Of a DNA stretch of 64,000 bases, positions 62,406 to 64,000 are shown one piece after another. Positions within the stretch are counted from its first letter, which is position 1. Each line of letters begins with the position of its first letter. Below the pieces are notes generated by a model. That model was not told where the DNA came from and did not search any database. It saw nothing but the letters and a program-made list of their open reading frames with translations. Position numbers and translations under genes: made by a program. Source of the stretch: the human T2T-CHM13v2.0 reference genome, Homo sapiens; assembly GCF_009914755.1 (NCBI RefSeq), contig NC_060927.1; one strand, written 5' to 3'.

Positions 62406-63559
62406 GTCTCATGGGTCATGCTCCTCTTGGTCCTATGCTTATTCCTTCTCATGGTTTGCTATTTTGTCTTTTCTTTCTTTGTTTCCTTGTGTTGCTTTTT
62501 CTGCCTCCCTTACCAGAAGAGGCAGTCTCTGAAGGGGAGACCATCTCCGCCTTGTTTTCATTGCATCTGGGTGCCCAGCACACAGTAGGTGCTTTATAAA
62601 TACTTGAAGGGGTGAAGGTGGAAAGGCTGGCAGCAAGCAAAACTTCTCCCTATCTCTACATACGTGCCTTTCTTCATTCAGCCACTTCCATTTCCCATGG
62701 GAAATCCTGGCAGTAGGAACAGGCAGAACTTGGGTTAGCTTCTCATGCCCTCCTCAAAATCTTGTGAGTTCTGTTACTGCAGAGCAAACAAGGCTTAATG
62801 CCACAAGGGGTAATGTTATGGAGCAGGTGAGTAAGTAAAAGAGTGAGAGTGAAGGATTCTAATAGTGGATGTCCACAGCTATGGGATCGGTAGTGGGAGG
62901 GAAGGTTTTGCAGCCAGAGACCCTGTAGCATTTAAACATCCAGGCAATTTTTAAGAGTCCCAGAATTTGGGCAGTAAAATGACTCTTGTTGAGAGCTTCC
63001 TTCTTGCCTAGGTTATTTTAAGGCTAGAATTAACCCAGAGAACTCTGTGCCATGAAATCTCCCTATGAGGGCAACAAGAGGCAAATCAATCAGCTGTACT
63101 TCCCTTCTTGAGACTGACCTCTGTCCCTCCCAGTTATACCAGAGCACAAAGTGTCTTTGGAACTCACATCTGGGCCAGCTGAAGGAATTTTTTTTAAAAT
63201 TCTTTTGGTATCATTTGACACCATTTATAATTGATAGTTCCTCCAACAGGTCTCAAAGAAGCCTTGATCCATGCCCTGAACAGTCTTCAGACCTAGGAGA
63301 CATGGGCATAATTCATTTCCTGGGTACCGAAGTTAATAAAAGCACTCTCATTGCAGACCAAGGACATCAGATTCATTTTGCCTCGGATCCATTCTGGCAT
63401 CTAGGAGGGCTTTTATAAAAACTATGAACCCCCTGGCGTTGCAAATAAAATGTGGCATATATGTTCATTTCTTGGGTGACTGTACATAACTTTCAACAAT
63501 GCTTGAGGCAATCTATGCTCCCAAAAACCAAAGGGAATTTGGTTATGTTAGAAAGCATG

Positions 63560-63945
63560 ATTTTTTAAAACTATTGTAATTAGGTACATATACATAAAAT
63601 AAAATTATATATAAAATATAATTTACCATTTAAACCATTTTTTAAGCACACAATTCTGTGGAATTGATTACATTTACAATATTGTGCAACTTTCACCACT
63701 ATTTACTTCGAAAATGTTTCATTATTGCAAACAGAAACAGAGGATGCAGTTATTAATAATGATAGCAATACAAGGGGCAAGTCAATCAGCCATTATTAAA
63801 CAACAACTGCATCCTCTCCCGCAGTCCCTGGTAACAAGTTTTAAACTTACTGTCTCTATGATATTTCGTATAACTGGAATCATACAATATTTGTCCTTTT
63901 ATGTCTGGGTTATTTCACTTAGTGTAATATTTTAAGGTTCATTCC
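63560..63945 (-). mobile_element. L1M 3' fragment
   Basis: aatttaccatttaaaccatt...ggaatcatacaatatttgtccttttatgtctgggttatttcacttag. Confidence 0.8.
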
Positions 63946-64000
63946 TTTTTTTAAAATTTTATTATTATTATACTTTAAGTTTTAGGGTACATGTGCACAA
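63946..64000 (-). mobile_element. 3' end of a young L1PA element that continues beyond the window
   Basis: ttattattatactttaagttttagggtacatgtgcacaa. Confidence 0.9.

Overview
This is simian primate (most likely human or great-ape) non-coding DNA, intronic or intergenic. I see no recognisable host protein-coding exon, RNA gene, CRISPR array or CpG island, and I cannot name the locus. Much of the window is interspersed repeat: 19 Alus (15 on the - strand), a full-length but dead L1PA5-like LINE-1 (28344-34484, -), two more large truncated L1s (one with a twin-priming 5' inversion), MaLR/ERVL LTRs, MIR/L2 and hAT/Tc-mariner fossils. Almost all ORF-track entries come from repeats. I found no new multi-gene system. 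The best leads are: (1) a 141-nt in-frame exon candidate whose donor runs into (TG)n, the layout of a TDP-43-repressed cryptic exon; (2) a ~300-bp TSD-flanked retrocopy of an mRNA 3' end; (3) an intact antisense L1 ORF0 with a strong phase-0 splice donor; (4) a probable younger-L1 gene-conversion tract and a template-switch hairpin inside the old L1; (5) a hidden ~80-bp-period triplication carrying TGGAAA motifs; (6) an inverted octamer pair beside a homeodomain palindrome. Subfamily names come from remembered consensus sequences, not a RepeatMasker run, and edges of old repeats are approximate.
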